This document shows positions 62,483 to 64,000 of a stretch of DNA of 64,000 nt, piece by piece. The stretch is from Candidatus Poribacteria bacterium (GTDB lineage Bacteria; Poribacteria; WGA-4E; WGA-3G), in contig CAXXUA010000004.1 in NCBI GenBank assembly GCA_963663765.2, forward strand, positions 448,001 to 512,000, read 5' to 3'. The stretch's first letter is position 1. Each line of letters starts with the position of its first letter. The translations under genes were made by a program, and so were the position numbers. Below the pieces are notes generated by a model, which had not been told where the DNA came from, ran no database searches, and worked only from the letters and a program-made list of their open reading frames with translations.

Positions 62483-63200
62483 TTAATCGGATGGAAACCT
62501 GTCTATGGACGTTCTTGTACCACAGGAATAACGTAACTTCGAATCATCAATCCATCTATCGTCTCTGTTTCTGTGCGCGGTTCTGGCGGCTCGCGATGAT
62601 CGAATACCACGTAGTAACCCTCCGTTACGCCTTCTGTTGATAGATACGCGGTGAGTTGCTGCTTTGCTTCGCCATAGTGCCGGGTACTTCGCCATATCTT
62701 TGTTTCAATGACATATTTTCTCTGATTGTGAAAAATAATCTGATCCATCCTGCCGCGGTCTGTTGGGACTTCCATATACATTGACATGTTCACGCGGGTA
62801 ATACCTTTTTCATGTGATAATGTCTCATTAGCAGCGGAAATCTGGTAGGAGCGACCTCCCGGTCGCGACCGGGAGGTCGCTCCTACCGAAGAGAGTAACC
62901 CCCTGCCAGTAAACAGTAGAATTCCTTAATGAGACAAGATTTATTTGAATTGGTATAATAAACTGGTCCAGATAAGCAAAGAGTAAGTGCTGTCCGATGA
63001 ATTCTTGAGGGTTTTCGGGGACTTGTAGAATCCTGAATCCAACTCGGGTAATTAGGTCAGGTCTTCAGCAGTAAGGGCTGCAACAGCGCGTTGGAAAAAA
63101 GTTGTCTTGCCCGATTCTCGGGGTGCAAAGATGACAATATAACGTCCCTCTTTGACGCGCTTGACGAATTCTGTGAGTTCTTCCGTTAGTGAGACAATTT
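62483..63200 (-). pseudogene. AAA-ATPase/PD-(D/E)XK protein remnant, copy 2 (internal deletion and MITE insertion)
   Basis: Walker A FAPRESGKTT at about 63100-63130 joined directly to the C-terminal segment shared with 56846-57255. Confidence 0.7.
62799..62957. mobile_element. MITE-like insertion containing a perfect 44-bp REP palindrome
   Basis: Absent from the paralogous site near 57163; palindrome GGTAGGAGCGACCTCCCGGTCG|CGACCGGGAGGTCGCTCCTACC at 62844-62887. Confidence 0.75.
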
Positions 63201-63221
63201 AATTCCCTTCATTAGAAGGCG

Positions 63222-64000
63222 TCACTCCATCTGCGGTTTTTCAAAACTTATTTTCAGCCCTTGATCGCGGAGCGTCTTTTGGATTACTGCTGCGGTTTTC
63301 TCAATTGAATCCATCTGAGCCACCGTGGTGTGAAACTGTTTGACGAAATCTGCCTGCTGGGGGGGCGTGAGTGCGTTGAGACGTTCGACATTAGGTTTGA
63401 CGACAGTTTTCTTGTTCAGGGTAAGTATGTTGTCGTTTTCAAGTTGAAAGAGGTAACGAACAAGCCCGGTGTGGTCTTTTATTTCACATTTGTGTTCTGT
63501 GCATTCGCGATATTTTTTCGGTAGCGTACACAATGGGTTATCACAGGTGAGTATTGTGCTGTGCCGGGGCTCACATGTGAAGAATGTTTCACCGCATCCC
63601 CCCACGTCCATCCTATAGCCACATAATAAGAAGCTATCGCCAGCACATGTCGGGTCTCCACATCTGGGGCAGGTATCAATCTCCGCGAGAGAACTTTTCA
63701 GTTTGTAGTATTTTATAAAAGCTGCTGTTGATATATCTGCAAGGGTGTCCCCCCATTCCGCTGCGGTGATGTCTCGTAGCGCGGATACCATCTGTTTAGG
63801 ATTTTGATTGATGCCTAAACCCATATCTGGATTTTTCTCTATTTTTCGGTATGTGAGAATTGCTGGAATAATCGGATACTGTTGGAGGAACGTCTCGGGA
63901 TAACGCGTGTGAAAATCTACGAGTGTCGGAAATGAGGAACATATTTCTTTTAGTATCTTTCGGGTTTCTATTTTGAGGCTTTGTAACAGACGGCGGGTCT
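63222..64000 (-). CDS. Cys-rich hypothetical protein (5' end beyond the window)
   Basis: Frame is open to the window edge; CPRCGDPTC, CGETFFTC, CDNPLC, YRECTEHKC. Confidence 0.6.
   Translation of the reverse strand, partial: TRRLLQSLKIETRKILKEICSSFPTLVDFHTRYPETFLQQYPIIPAILTYRKIEKNPDMGLGINQNPKQMVSALRDITAAEWGDTLADISTAAFIKYYKLKSSLAEIDTCPRCGDPTCAGDSFLLCGYRMDVGGCGETFFTCEPRHSTILTCDNPLCTLPKKYRECTEHKCEIKDHTGLVRYLFQLENDNILTLNKKTVVKPNVERLNALTPPQQADFVKQFHTTVAQMDSIEKTAAVIQKTLRDQGLKISFEKPQME

Overview
AT-rich bacterial chromosomal window. The gene repertoire (secreted WD40 and LamG proteins, PhyH dioxygenases, HEAT repeats, Rpn-type nuclease, many short non-autonomous repeats) resembles sponge-associated Candidatus Poribacteria, but this is an inference only. 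Ordinary content includes oxidoreductases, a DegQ protease, Mrp, GH172/DUF2961, an FGGY kinase, an nfeD-nfeD-floA-floA cluster and an amidase with a dipeptide epimerase. There is a complete assimilatory nitrate operon (nasT-nirA-narK-narB) with a recognisable sigma54 promoter, NtrC-type sites and an ANTAR antiterminator leader. Accessory regions (about 25.5-36 kb and 54-64 kb) hold IS1-, ISKra4- and ISAs1-family elements, several MITE/REP families, pseudogenes, a duplicated two-gene cassette with a conserved leader, and a segmental duplication. The top candidate is a lipoprotein gene (11685-12377) interrupted by a single in-frame TGA followed by a SECIS-like hairpin. Read-through restores a 230-aa protein, the same length as its tandem paralog and with the same C-terminal motif, which suggests an unrecognised selenoprotein family. 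No rRNA, tRNA or CRISPR array was seen.
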